Below, in pieces: positions 11,902-25,835 of a stretch of 64,000 nt of DNA. The translations under genes and the position numbers were made by a program. The stretch is taken from assembly GCA_001643675.2 (NCBI GenBank), contig LSRY02000040.1:496001-560000 (forward strand). Direction: 5' to 3'. The notes under the pieces were generated by a model, which was not told where the DNA came from, made no database searches, and saw nothing but the letters and a program-made list of their open reading frames with translations. Position 1 is the first letter of the stretch. The number at the start of each line of letters is the position of its first letter. The DNA comes from Monocercomonoides exilis PA203 (lineage: Eukaryota; Protista; Preaxostyla).

Positions 11902-14900
11902 GAAAGAGAAAGAGAAAGAGAAAGAGAAAGAGCATGTCACAGGAGAAGCAGAAGAAGGCGAAGAAGAGCTGAATGCGGTTGAGATCTCAGACATCAGCAC
12001 AGAGGAATTTGAGGAAGAGGCAGCGAAATGGATTGCTGATAACTCAGACATTGAGACAGAAAGGTTGGATCTTCCGCTGGAAGAGATAGACTTCACAGGC
12101 AGCTCAAGCGAGTCTGCTCACTCGCAGTCGACTTTCCCTTCGAAAATCAGCCGGTTCAGCTTTTGCAGCGAAGGGAGGAGCAGAACAATTGGAAGGAAAG
12201 GGAGGAAAGGGAGGAAAGGAAGGAAAGGAATGCGGAGGAGAAAGATGAGGGGGCTGTGGAGAGAGGAAGGAGAGGAAGGAGAGGAAGGAGAGGAAGGAGA
12301 TGGAAGAGTAGACGATGAAGAAGGAGAAGAAGATAAAGTGACTGAGGAAGACGGGATGGAAGAGAATGGAGAGAATGAAAATGGAACATTGTGCTTCAGT
12401 GAGGCGGAGAAAGAAGGCATTTACAGAAAGGCAAAGAAGAGTAAGAAATACAAGAGAGAGAAAGAGGAAGGGAAAGAGGAAGAGGAAGAGGAAAGGAACG
12501 AGAAAGAGAGAATGAGCGAGGAGATAAGGATTATGAACTACCATTCCGCAGAAAGAGGCGAAGCTGATTATTCGAAATCTCAATCTCTAAATGGAAGCAC
12601 ACGAACAATTGGCATATTTAACAGACGTTATCACAAGAGAGAAGCGAATGAAAGGGTGAATGTTCTCATAAAGCACAAGCCTCTTATCACAGAAAAGTGC
12701 CAGCGGTATGTTGCGTTTGCGATGACTGATCCGTCGCAGGCAGGATTCAGAGAGAAAGAAGAGATAAACAATAACAGTTGTAATAATAATAGAACTAACA
12801 ATAACAATACAAGAAGCAATTGCAATGGAGATAACATTTCACATGTCTCAAAGAAAAATCTTTTTTGTCGCAAGCAAAAAGTCAAAATCATCCGAAAAGC
12901 AGCAAATGTGCCGAAGAAGGCGCCTCGAGGGTTGCCTTATGAATACGACTGCAGAATGATGGACGCGATCATCTCTTTGCTCTGCTCAGCAGTGAGGCCG
13001 AAAAACGAAGAATTCATTGAAAACAACAAGGAAAGAAGTGATTTCAAAAGGAATCAGTTGAATTCAAATAGAGATCTGGCATCGCCTTCATCATCATCAT
13101 CATCATCATCATCATCTTCTTCTTCTTCTTCCTCCTCTTCCTTATTCCTCTCCACACGCACTTTGCCCTGTCCTCCTCCTCTTCGCCCAATTGTGGTTGA
13201 CTTGTGCTGCCGGCTGATTGTTGAGATGCTGCGGCAGACGACAGAAAAGAACAATGCTTTTCTGAAGAGAAGACGAGCACTGAAGATACAGAATGCACAT
13301 GATGAAAGAGGAGAAAGAGGAGGAAGAGGAGGAAGAGAAAAGGAAAAGGAAAGAGAGAGAGAAAGAGAGAGAGGAAGAGGAATAAGCAGAGGTTATGGAA
13401 GCAGTAAAGATGAAAGGAAGAAGAAGGGAGAGAAGAAGAAGAATGAGACACAACAAAAGTGGAATGCTGACAGCAAAGCAGATAAATCCGACAGCCAAAG
13501 AAGGCAAAGCAATGAAAGAACAAAAGGAAAAGGAGGAAAAGGAGGAAAAATTGGAAGAGAAGGAGAAAGAAAAAGAAGAAAGAAAAATAAAACGAAAGTG
13601 ATTTCACAACCAACAGCTCCACCGGCTCAGTTAAGCTGGTGGCATGCGATGCGTTTGAGACAAGTTTTTGGCTTTTTGTTGGCAGATGTTGCTTCTCTGA
13701 CAACACCTTCCTTCACAAATGTTCCCTTTGACGCTGTTCCAGCTGGATTGGAGGAGAAGATGAGGAGTTGGCTGGGACTGCCATCACAGAATTATAAATC
13801 GAAGCAGTCCACTTCTGGTTCTGAGACTTCTTCTTTTTCTTCCTCTTCCTCTTCTCCTTTAAATTCTTCTCCTCCTTCTTCTTCTCCTTCTCCTTCAACC
13901 ACCAACGGAGCAGTCTGGCCTTTTCTCCGTCTGTTTTTCGATGTGTCTCCACGAAACACACGGAAAAACGTGGCCCCTTCGAAATTCGCTGCGACAAAGC
14001 GAATTTCGCCTCTTTCTGCTGAATTTTGCTTTGATGATCCATTGGATGAAGATGCTGATGATGCTAAGAGTTATAATGATGATAACAATAACAATAATTA
14101 TTGCTCTTCTTCTTCTTCTTCTTCTTCTTCTTCTTCTTCTTCTTCTTCTTCATTAGCCTCTTCCTCTTCCTCTCCTTCATCATCACCTTCTTCCTCTTCC
14201 TCTTACTCTTCTTCCATTTGCTCCATCAATTCATTCCCAATAATTGCTCCTTCTCCGTTCACTCCTCACTTTGCTGACATGCTCTTTGAAGAAGTTCGAA
14301 ATTCTCCTTATTCCCTTTCTCTTCTCAATCAATCTTCTTCCTCTTCCTCATCTTCTCTTTCTTCCTCTTCCTCTTCTCTTTCTTCCTCTTCCTCTTCTCT
14401 TTCTTCCTCTTCCTCTTCTTCTTCTTCTTCTCCTCTTTCTTCTCTTTGTCTTTCCTCCAAATGCAACTTTTTTATAGGCCATCCTCTTTCTTCTCCTTTG
14501 GACATGGAGATTTTGATGAACAGACCCGTTTTGCTCCTTCCAACTGTCGATTTGCAGCTATCTCTAATGCATTTGATACAAAAACCAAGAAAACGATATT
14601 TTTCTTCTTCTTCTTCTCCTTCTTGCCCTTCCTCTTCCTCCTCTTCCTCCTCTTCTTCTTATCAATTTAGTCCAAAAATTCGTTCTCTTCCTTCTCCAAG
14701 CACATTGCCGCAAATTTCATCATCATCGTTATCATCATCATCATCACCTTCTTCTTCTTCTTCTCCCTCTCCTTCTTCCTCTTCTCCTCAGCCTTCAGAT
14801 GTTCCAGCTTCAACAGCATCATCTTCTTCTTTGTCCCCTTCTTCTCATCCATCTCCTTCCTCCTTTTCTGCTCCTTCTTCTTCCTCTTCTTCCTCTTCAT

Positions 14901-17307
14901 CATTTTCCTCCTCCTCCTCTTCCTCCTCTTCCTCCTCTTCCTCTTCTTCTACTGCTTCTCCAACCAATTCTTCTTCATCACCTTCATCACCTTCTACTTC
15001 ATATTCATCAATTCTTGATAATTTTCAATCTGCTCACCAAAGCTCTGCTTTAATTAACAAACCTTCATCCTCTTCTTATTCATCCTCCATCTCTTCTTCT
15101 TCATCTTCATCATCATCATCATCATCATCTTCTTCTTCTTCATCTTCATCATTATCATCTCCTTCTCCTTCTCCTTCTCCTTCTCCTTCTCCTTCTCCTT
15201 CTCCTTCCCCATCTCCTTCCCCTTCCACCGATCTCGCCCTCTCCTCTGATTTCAAGCGCCCCCGCTTCTTCATCCGCCCGAAACGGCGCCGAAAAGCTAA
15301 AGACGTTCTTTCCTTCTGCACAATGCCTTCATTTCGTGATGATTTGAGCATTGGCTCTTGCTCCACAGCCGATTTGACGTTGAATTTCACCACATTCAAT
15401 CAGAATGCGTTTGCTTCTCAGAACAGGCAGGGGAATCGCTTTTCGCAGCAGATGGGTCATAATCAGCATCAGAGCTTTCACCCAGCCAGCCTTCACGTCT
15501 CTTCAGCGTATGAACAATATCACAGTAATAACAGCAGCAATATCAAAAGCAATAATATTAATAATAATAATAATAACACAAATAATCATTTTAACCCCTG
15601 TCACAGCCACACTCACAGCCTCCTCAGTTCCTATGACCACCTCAGCGCTGTCAGTGCATTCAGCGCTTTAAGCACCCCCGCCCACTCAATAGCAGCCACA
15701 CCCTTCAGCAGTGAGTGTGAAAGCGTGTCTCAGATGTCTTCGAGCGCAGATGAAGAAGATGAAGCAATCAATGGATATCTGAAGCTGATGCAGCTGCAGG
15801 ACGGCTCGTTCAATTTCGATGCGTTTGAAACGCAGAGCGGAAGGATGGCGGAGTTTGGAGATGGAGGAATGAGGAACAGAATGAGCGATGGAATGGATAA
15901 TCCATTGGATTCTGGTGTGAATGACAGATTAACTGACAGATTTAACAGAGGAGCAAACAGTGAATACAGTGTTGATTACAGTTCCAGTGTGAACAGCAAG
16001 TATTTGAGCAGCGGTGCAACTGCAATGAGGATGCGAAGGCAGCACATTGTCCCTTTCAGAAGCAATTCGGTTTCTGCTTCTTTTTCCTGTTCAAGTTCGA
16101 ATTCGAGTTCTAATTCAAGTTCTTGTTCTTGTTCTGGTTCTGTTTCGTCTTCTTTGGCTGCTCCATCAGTTGCTTCGGTTGCTTTGACAACAACTTCATC
16201 ATCATCAACTTCTTCTTCTTCTTCTTCTGATTTAGGTTCAGATTCTTTGTTCCATGATGCAATATTAACTTTATCACCTTCATCATCATCATCTTCTTCT
16301 TCTTTCTCTTCCTCTTCTTCTTCTTCTTCCTCTTTCCCCCTTCCTTCTCAATCTTCCCCTTTCTCTGATATTGCTCCTCTTCCTCTTTCCTTCGCAATTA
16401 CTGGCCCTCCTCTTCCTTCTCCTCCCAAAATAACCTCCAAAATGCAAACTAAACAGCATCCTCTTCAAGATTCATTGTTGGTGTGCAAACTGCAACTTAT
16501 GGACAACTCTTCTTCTTCTCTTTCTTCCTCTTCCTCTTCTTCATCTTCTTCTCCGTATTTCACCATAACCTCTTCTTCCTCTTCTCCTTCTTTTTCCTCT
16601 TCCTCTTCCTCCTCCTCTTCTTCTCCTTCCTCCTCTCCTTCTCTCTGGACGTCTGTGAGGAAAGCCAAAGAAGAAGTGTATCGTTCTCCACACAATCCTC
16701 TTGAGCTGTTCCAGGCAATGAACGAAGACCCAGTTAATTCCTATGAAGTGATAGAGAAAGAAGGAAGGAAGATGAATAATAATAATAATAACAGCAATGC
16801 GATGAAAAAGAACAATAAGGATAACTTTGTTGCTGCTTCGTCTTCTGTCGTGGTTAGAGATGAATTAGAGGGAGAAAGGAATATGTCTTCTTCTTCTTCT
16901 TCTTCTTCTTCTTCTTCTTCTTCTTCTTCTTCTTCTTCTTCTTCTTCCGTTCCATTTTCTTCTTCCCCTTCCTTTTCGAAGCCTTCTTCTTTTCTTTCTT
17001 CTTCCCCTCTTTTAACAACCTCTCCTCTGCTTATATCTCCTTCTCCTTCTCTTTCTCTTTCTCATTCTCCTTCTCCTTCTTTCGCCTCTTCTCTGAAATC
17101 TTCACCCCTTCCTCGAACATCACCTTCATCATCATCTTCCTCTTCCTCTTCTTCTTCTTCTCCAATTCCTTTGCCTCTTCCTCTTCCTCTTCCATTGCCT
17201 TTATCTTCACAATACCCTTTGCCTTTGCCAATGCAGATGCCTTTATCATTATCTTCTTCTTCCTCTCCTTCCTCTCCTTCCTCTTCCTCCTTTTCTTCTT
17301 CTCCTTC

Positions 17308-17340
<33 letters not shown>

Positions 17341-20300
17341 TTCCTCTCTTCCTTTCCCTCGCTCCTCTTCTCTTATTCCATTAGCCCCACAGGCACAGCC
17401 AGACGCCATCGCTGCTTCTATTCTGATGCCTCTCACTGGAGACAAAAAAGACATTGAAACAACAGCAAAAACAGGAAAATTAACAGAAATAACAGGAAAA
17501 TTGAATGGAAGAAAGAACGAAAAAATGAATGAAAATGGATTTGAAAAAGAAAAATTCAAAGTAAAAGACAAAGAAAAAGAAGGCAAAGAAGGCAAAGAAG
17601 GCAAAGAAGAAGAAGAAGAAGAATTCAATTCGTTCACAAAAATCACACAAAACAATAAAAACAATAAAAACAATGAAAACAACCAAAAAGCGACGGAAAG
17701 TGATGTTATTACAGTGTGGGAGCTGACAGGCGACTTGGCACATGTTCAGAAGCAGGTGGTGAATGTGAAGTCAGACAAGATCATCAGAACAGAAGATGAA
17801 CAGTCAATTTCTGTACTCAACATTGGTGGTGGTGGTGGTGGAGGAAGAGAAGGAAAAGAAAGAGAAAGAGAAAGAGGAAGAGGAAGAGAAGAAAGCGAAG
17901 AGGAGAAAGATGAAAGAAATTTTGATGGAAGGGAAGGAGCAGAAGATGCAACTGAAGAAAGATCAAAAGACGAATTTTGCATTGGAATTGCAGAAGGAAA
18001 TACGAATTTTGACAAGGCATCTTGTTTGGAGATTCCAAATGAGCAAATGTCTTCTTTTTCTTCCAACCCCTCTTCTTCTTCACCCTTCGCTTCCTCTTCT
18101 TCTTCTTCTTCCTCCTCCTCCTCCTCCTCTTCTTCTTCTTCCTTCGATCTCTCCGACGACCTCTTTCCTATCTCCAAGCCCCGCCCTCATCTGAAGGACA
18201 CACCTGCTCTTCTTCCCTTTCCCCGTGCCAATCATATCCCTCTCTGCCTTCGCGGCGCAGTGAACGAAGCAGAAGCGCTGAAGATGGCATTGCAAAGAGC
18301 TATTTGTGTGGCAGGCACGCTTTTGAGGGTGACTGACAGAAAAACGGAGGTGTCGGGAAGGTTTGGCTCTTTGTTCTATGGAGCGTTTTGCTGTGAGAAG
18401 GAGAAGAATCTGCAGGCGGTGCTGGAGAAGGAAGAGGAAGAGGAAGAAGAAGAAGAAGAGGAAGAAGAAGAGAAGGAGGAAAAAGAGGAAGAAGAAGAAG
18501 AAAAAGTGAAAATTGATAAGAAAACGAAAAATTCTTCTTCAACTTCTTCTTCGAATGAAAAGAAGAAAGAAAGAGAAGGAAGAAGAGAAGAGAAAGAAGA
18601 AAATAACAAGGATGTGAATGCTCAACCTATTATTGCATCATCTGCTTCAGCCACACCTTCTCATTCACCTTCTCCTTCTCCCTCTCGATCACCTCTTCTT
18701 CCTTCTTCTTCTCCTTCTCCTTCTCCTTCTTTGTCTTTAACTTCATTCAAAAAGAACATCAACTATGAAAACTCAAAATCTTTGCGCCCTCTTTTCTCAT
18801 CTGATATGCTTCCTCTATTAGCCAAGTATTCTCCAAAACCTTCTTCACAAACAAATTCTTCCAGACAATCAACCTCTTCTTCTCCTTCTCCTTCTCCTCT
18901 TCCTCCTCCTTCTTCCTCCTCCTCCTCTTCTTCTTCTATTTTATCTTCTCTTCTTGAACTACTCAACCCCCGTCTCCCTCTTCTTGGGGAGAAAATTTCA
19001 GTTTCTGCTTCTGATTTGCTGCCAAACAGCTTTCCTTTCATTCCTCCTCTTTCTTCTCTTGTTTTGTCACCTGATCTCAATCCTTCGTTGTGCAATGCTT
19101 TATCTTCATTGAAATACTTAGACACATTAAAAGGGAATAATAATCATTGTTATTGCAATTTTGATAGCTTTAATTCTTCTTGTTCTTCCTCCTCCTCCCC
19201 TTCTTCCCCTTCTTCCTCTTCTTCTTCCTCTTCCTCTTCCTCTTCTCCTTCTCCTTCTCTCCTCTCTCTCCTCTCCTCCTTCAGTTCCTCTCTCTTCTCC
19301 TCCTCTCCTTTCTTCCCCTGCCGTGCGGTCATCAGCAAACAAGAATCGCTTGTCTTTCTGAGAATTGAGTCTTCATTCATTTGTGGCTACATCATTGAAC
19401 CTCCTCAGCATCATTTGAACATTGCACAGTTAAACAATGCATTGGGTTCTTCTCTTTCTTCTTCTCGTTCTCGTCCTTCTCCTTCTCATTATTCCTCCTC
19501 CTCCTCCTCCTCTTCTTCTTCTTCATTGCAATCATCTCAATCCCCCTTCAATTTGAATAAACAAAGCAGCAATATTGCAACTCAAATGAACAACCAACAA
19601 GCCAAACAGAAGAACCCCTCTTCAAAATTGCCTTTCCCTTTTTCTCGTTCGCTTTCTCCACAGCCGCCACAGAATCGCATTGTTGGATCAACTAAATATG
19701 TGAATTCTTTGATTAATGATAAAATCTCTTCTTCCTCTTCTTCTTTCTCCTCCTCCTCCTCCTCATCATCTTCTTCATCATCCACCATCTACACCCTCAT
19801 CCGTGTGATGCAGATGCCTCTCTCTCACTCTCTTCTCTACCAAACAAAGACCTCTCCTCTTCATCTCCTTCTCTTTGAGCATTCGACGGATTCTTTGATT
19901 GCCATCAGCTCAAAGGAGATTGTGAACGACGTGTATGGAGAGAGAGAGGCAGCGAAATATCGATTGAGGTACGAAGAAAAGAGAAGGCAAGCAGAAATAA
20001 ACAGAAATGAGAAGATGAAGATGAAGAAGAAGAAGAAGAAGGTGATGATGATGATGGCGAATGGAGATGGGAATGTGATAAATAACAATAATAATAACAG
20101 TGGAATGAATGAAAGATCAGGATTAGGAGAAAGAGGAGGAGAAGGAGGAGAAGGAGGAGAAGGAGGAGAAAGAGAAAGAGGAAGAGGAAGAGAAGGAGGA
20201 AGCATCATTGGATGTGCGTTGGAAGAGCAGAATGGAAAGATGATGGCATATCAACAACATCAACCTTATCAACAATCCCAGCAGTTTCAATGCTCACAAG

Positions 20301-20890
20301 CACATTCTTCTTCTCCTTCTCTTTCTCATTCGCCTTCTCATTCAAGATCACCCAGCCACTCCACGCTGTTCTCTGCACTTGACATCAACCCTGCCTATAT
20401 CCCTCCTCTCACTTCTGCTTCTTCTTCTTCATCCTCCTCCTCCTCCTCTTCTTCTAATCCTTCTTCTTCTTCCTCCTCCTCTTCTTCTTCTTCCCAATCA
20501 CAATCTCCTCATCTCCACCGCTCAACCACACTGCCCACACCTCAGTCTCCTGTAAAACTGTCTTCTCCTTCTCAGAACACTCAAACTAGCTCCCCCCATT
20601 TGCTTCTCTTGCTCCACGGATTCGGATGTGGCTGCGGTTGTGGCAGTGGTTGTAATTACGAACGTGATAAATGCAATGCAGATAAATCTTATTCTTCTTC
20701 TTCTTCTTATTCATCATCATCTTCTTCTTCTTCTCTTTCTTCTTCTTCTTCTCATTCTCCAACCTCTTTTTCACCAGCTGCTCGCTCGAAGAATCAGCAA
20801 AGAACTCGTTCGCAATCTCCCTTCAATCACACAGCCTCTTCTGCCACTGCTGCTTCTTCTTCTGCTACAAAACAAATAATGTCTTCTTCT

Positions 20891-20940
<50 letters not shown>

Positions 20941-21394
20941 TGCCAATTCTTCGATTGTTATCGTTACCAAATCCGATACATCTCCAAATTCTCTTTCCTC
21001 TTTCGAAATCGTTCAACCTTTGTCTCTTTCTCCATCTCCAAATATCTCTCCTTCTTCTTCTTCTTCTTCCTCTTCCTCTTCTTCTTCTCATTCTTCTCCT
21101 TCTCCTTCTCCTCTCTCTTTCGCTCTCCCCTCCCTCAAATCTCCTGCCCTTCTCTCTTCTCTCTTCCTCAACAAGCACAACATTTCTCGTCCTTCTCCTT
21201 TGTTTGCCAGGCTGTTCAGAGCAAACCTCAATGCTGCTCCTTCATTTGGCGATAAAAGAGGACTTCAATCAAATATTGGAAAATTCTCTTCTTCTGCTTC
21301 TTCTTCTTCTTCTTCTTCTGCTGCTGCTGCTGCCACTGCTTCTGCTTCGTGCAATCAATCAGCAGTAACATTAGCATCATTTATTCCCTCTTCG

Positions 21395-21433
<39 letters not shown>

Positions 21434-23851
21434 ATATCTTCTTCTTCTTCTTTGTCTTCCTTCACTTCTTCCACTTCTTCCTCTTCCTCTCGCCTCTTCC
21501 CTGAGAATGCCACGCCCTTCCGCCCTGTCAGCCCCACAGAGCAGATGAGACAGACATTCCATGCAAACAACCCCTGGCTACTCAGAAGCTGCTCTCAGCC
21601 TCGTCTTCTGCCTTCACACGTGCAGAGTAGAATAGCAGCAGATGAGGTGCTTCTTTGGAATGGTTGGAAAGAAAAAGGTGAAGAAGGAGGAGTGGAGAAG
21701 AAGGAGAAAGAGAAGGAGAAGAGGAAGAAGAATAGAAAAAGAGTAGGGAATAAAAAGAAATGCAATGAAATGACAATATCTTCATCTTCCTCATCAGAAG
21801 TGAAAATGAGTGAAATCAGCAGACGAAGCAAAAGGAATGCATTAGAGCAGCCATCAAAACTCCAACAGGATGAGTTGCTTGTGTCAATGATTGCTTCGAC
21901 CCTTCTGCTCATCCCAACATTCACTGCCTCCACTCTTTCCTTCATCAGATGCAATAGTTATCTGCCATCTTCATTATATCCATTGTCTTCTTCCTCCTCC
22001 TCCTCTTCCTCCTCTTCCTCCTCTTCTTCTTCTTCCTCCTTCAACTATTTCCCATTCCTCCCCACAACTTTCTCCCTCCACCCTTCTCATCTTCGCCCCC
22101 GCAGCCAATACCTCCTCCTCTTCGCCTCTGCTTCCACTGCAACTTCATTCGTAGCCACTGTTTATTTGCGAAAGGCTCTTCTTTGCACACTTAGAGAACA
22201 TGTGCTTGTGAATTCTATGCAAAACGAGATGATTCTGTGTGGGTTTGACCAGACGCTAAGGAAGAGGAACAAAAGAGAGGTGTTAAGGCAGAGGCAGAAG
22301 AAGGCGAAGAGAGAGAGGAAGTTTTTGCTGCGGGTGAGGAGGAGCTATGCGAAGCAGTCACTTTTGGAAGGGAAGGAAGGGAAAGAAATGAATAGGGATC
22401 AGAAGGGAGGAATAATATCTCGGTCAATGAATGCTATTTCTTCTTCTCCTTCATCCTTTTCTTCTCCATTTGCTTCTCCTTTTGATTCTTCTGCAAATGC
22501 AATCCAAGTTTCTGGTTTAATTTCTTCTTCTTCTTCTTCTCCTGTGAAGCGAATGAATGTGCTGTTGGGAAGCAATTGGAGAGGGAAGACAAAGAGAAGA
22601 GGGTGGAACGAGAGAGAAAGAGAAAAAGATGAAGAAAGAGAAAGAGAAAGAGAAAGAGAAAGAGAGAAAGAGAGTAAGAGAAAGGTAATTACTGTTAATG
22701 CCCATTCAATTACGTATGCAGATGATGCAATAAGGACAGGAATGTTGAACAGTCCGCGAGAAAAGCTCAAAATGCGAAGGAACACGAAGAACAAGACAGC
22801 AGCTTTGTTCACTGCGATGCTGAAGAACCCGTCATCAGACACAGAAGATGAGGAAGAAGGGGAAGAAGAAGAGGAAGGAGGAGAAGAGGAGGAGGAGGAA
22901 AGAGAAGGAAGAAGAGAAGGAGAAGGGAAAAGAAGCAATTCGAATGCAAAAGGAGTTAATACAAAGAGCAAACGGAAGAATTTCAGAGGCAGTTCGAATT
23001 GGAAGGAAGATGCAGACACACAATCAGAAGATGATCTTTGGACGCCTCTGAAGCCACAGGGCGAAGAAGCTGATGGGATTTCGTATGAGTCTGGAATGGA
23101 TATGTACAAGATGAACTCAAGGAAAGAAGGAGGAGAAAGAGGAGAAAGAGGAGAAAGAGAGGAAGAGAATATTCAGCTGTCAAGGGGAAGACAAATGTTG
23201 GAAAAGTTGCCTTCTTCTTCTTCTTCTTCTTCTTCTGGCTCTTCTTCCTCTTCAACATCATCATCAACTTCTACAGCACAACCAATGAACTCAATGAACT
23301 CACAGCAATCGCTGACTCTTCCAGCTCTTTCATTCACCACAGCCACACTCTCCACACAGTCAACATCAAATGCGTCCTTCACAGGCTCTTCTCATCCATC
23401 TCTTTCTTCTCATTCATTGGAGCAGCCAAACTCACCCACCAAGTTTCTTTCATCTGTTTCTATTCATTCTGCTCAATCTTCCCTCTCTGCTCGATCTACT
23501 CAATCTGCCCAGTTTTCACTGTCTGGCAGCCAATTTACAGCAGATGCCTCTCATTCACAAGGAGAAAAGACAGAACAAACAGAAAAAACAGAACAAACAG
23601 AACAAACAGAAAAAACAGAAAAAACAATAAACACATTCAATCCTCGGTCAATAGAAGAGCCCAGCGAAGACGAGAGCGAAGAATCTGCTCTGTCTGAACT
23701 GGATGACTCGCCATTTGCGCTGCCTCCTTCTTTCACGACCACTCCTTCCTCTGAAATGGAGCTCACTTTCCTGCTTTATTCAGCTTGCCCTTCTTTTGAC
23801 TGCCTCTTTGCTGCATTGCTGGCAGCGAGAAGAAGGCTCTTTCGGAAGTAG
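1168..23851 (+). CDS. CLEC16A: CLEC16A/TT9/GOP-1 family (FPL domain) endolysosomal trafficking protein, massively expanded by low-complexity inserts (~7,519 aa)
   Basis: Exons 1168-1340, 1401-1704 and 1769-23851 join in frame (introns GTATGA..AAG and GTTTGA..AAG). FPL domain 'FMSNRVIHSLLDIPVDYTNNELLSYYISTLRSLASRM..YFF..IYAVKYFTNPDNLIKTACRSIILTILKV' resembles CLEC16A 'LLSNNYVNSII..FDFSDEEIMAYYISFLKTLSLKL..FF..AIKFFNHPESMVRIAVRTITLNVYKV'. Later CLEC16A-like motifs recur in order to ~22,200. Confidence 0.88.
6864..6960 (+). repeat. (TCT)n/(TCC) coding microsatellite (poly-Ser), representative of dozens in this gene and in C2CD5
   Basis: Long near-perfect TTC/TCT run read as ~30 Ser. Confidence 0.9.
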
Positions 23852-24225
23852 CAGAAGCTCGTTGTTTTTATAATTGTTTTATATACTGTTTTATAGTTAT
23901 TTGCCGTTTTTCATTTTGATGTATTGTTAGAATTTTTTTATTTGATTATTCTTAGTTTGTATTTTGTTTTTATGAGATTATTTTGTAATTTATCTGTATC
24001 TAACAGCATAAAAGTTTAAAGATAGATGTTGATAATCATTTATCTTTGATGCTAATGCTTGCATTATTAGCAAACTTTAGAGAATGTTTTGCGTATTTCA
24101 AAAGTCGAGATTTTTTTAAGAATCCCATTGTATAAAAAGAACACTGATCTAAGACATTTTTAAGAACTTCTTTTTTATTGTATTTCTTGTAGGAAATCTA
24201 CATAAATTTTATAAGGTTTTCAAAT

Positions 24226-25144
24226 ATGTCTGGAAAAGCAACTTATCATACAAAGATTGCTCGCACACTTTTATTTCCTGTACCGTCAAAACAATATTCA
24301 TCAAAAGACATGGCCGGTCACACAGCTCTCAAATACAGATTTGAAACCCCTCAATCTATTGTATCTCCGCATAGAATTATTTCACAAACGTTTGTGAAAG
24401 AAGAACAAGAAATTCCTCCACCTAAAAAACGATCTCATTTAGATTCTATTTGTTTGTATTTTCATTTTTATTATTTTTGCAAATTCTTTCGATATTTGTT
24501 GCAACACAAATACTTTTCAGTATCTCAATTTGATGACGAAGATGAAGTTCCAGAAATCATTTCATCAAGAAAGTATGAAGTTTTCTTAATTTTGAAAAAT
24601 GGAAGTTTGTCTAATTTTTTACAGGCAAAAGAAAATGCGACAAAAAAATGAAAAGGATGATGAAAGCGATGATGAAAATGAAAATTCAAACAATGAAAAT
24701 GAAGAAGGCACTTCATATAAAAAAGAGGATAATGAAAAAGATTCAAAAGATTCTGATGATGAAGAAAGGCAGAAAAAAGAAAATGATAAAAGCAAAGAAG
24801 ACGATGACGACGACGATGACGATGAAGACGAAGAGGATGATGAAGATGATGATGCAATGCTTCTTGCTGTTTTGGAGAAGATTAAACAAGAAAGAGCTTT
24901 GAAGCAGCTTCATGAAGCAGAAGAAAATCAGTCAATGGAATCTCTGCCTGACTCAAAACCTTCTTCTCTTTCGACGACGCTTCTTTCAATGGAAAATCGC
25001 TCTTTTGCCGTTCGGCCGCGCTGGGATGAAGATACAGTGTTCAGGAATCAGGCAACAAGAGACGAGAAGGAGAAGAAAAGGTTTATAAATGATACTGTTC
25101 GAAACGATTTCCACAAGAATTTTTTGAAAAAATATGTTAAATAA
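24226..25144 (+). CDS. CWC15: Spliceosome-associated protein CWC15 (~265 aa)
   Basis: Exons 24226-24451, 24521-24572 and 24625-25144. N-term 'SKQYSSKDMAGHTALKYR', acidic middle, 'LLAVLEKIKQERA', C-term 'RWDEDTVFRNQA..KRFINDTVRNDFHKNFLKKYVK'; these match the Cwf15/Cwc15 signature motifs. Confidence 0.93.
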
Positions 25145-25835
25145 AAGAATTTTCTTTTTTTGAATAAAAAATAAAAAATAAAATCCATTTCATGAAAAGA
25201 TGAATTTTTGTAATGTTTTTTTTTTATAATTATAAAACAGAAAATGGAAAGGGAAAAAAGAAAGAAAAATATTAAATTAGAATAAAAGAGAGCAACGTTG
25301 ACATGAAAATGCAAGCAATTGGAAAATAGGAAATATGAACTTCACTAAACAATTTACTTCAAAATTTCAAAAAAGAGCCAGAAACAAAAGAGGATGAAGG
25401 GATTTTAATTGAAAACTACTCAACAATGAATCATGAAATTTCTTCTAAAAACAGAAAAGAAACGTTCAAAATTGAAAAATAAATGAAGGAGAGATAAAAA
25501 AAAAAATAGAGCAAAATAAATGTGTAAGTTTATGAGAAATCAATGCTCTTTTAAAAAAAAAAATAAAAATAGATTGAAAAAAACACTCGAAAATGTGAAG
25601 AACCCTCAAAACGGACGAAACAACAAGAACACTCAGACTTTAAATACATAAGAGGAAAAAAAAAGAAAAGATTATTTTTTTTTTTCAATTTTTTTTCATG
25701 TGTTAATAAATCAAGACTGTGACGTGGAAGAGAACGAGAATGCGCTTTCTTTATTTTAACATTATTATTTATTATTTATTAATTATTATCATTGCCATTA
25801 TCATCATCAATCCAAGTCTTTAATAATTGTTCCAC

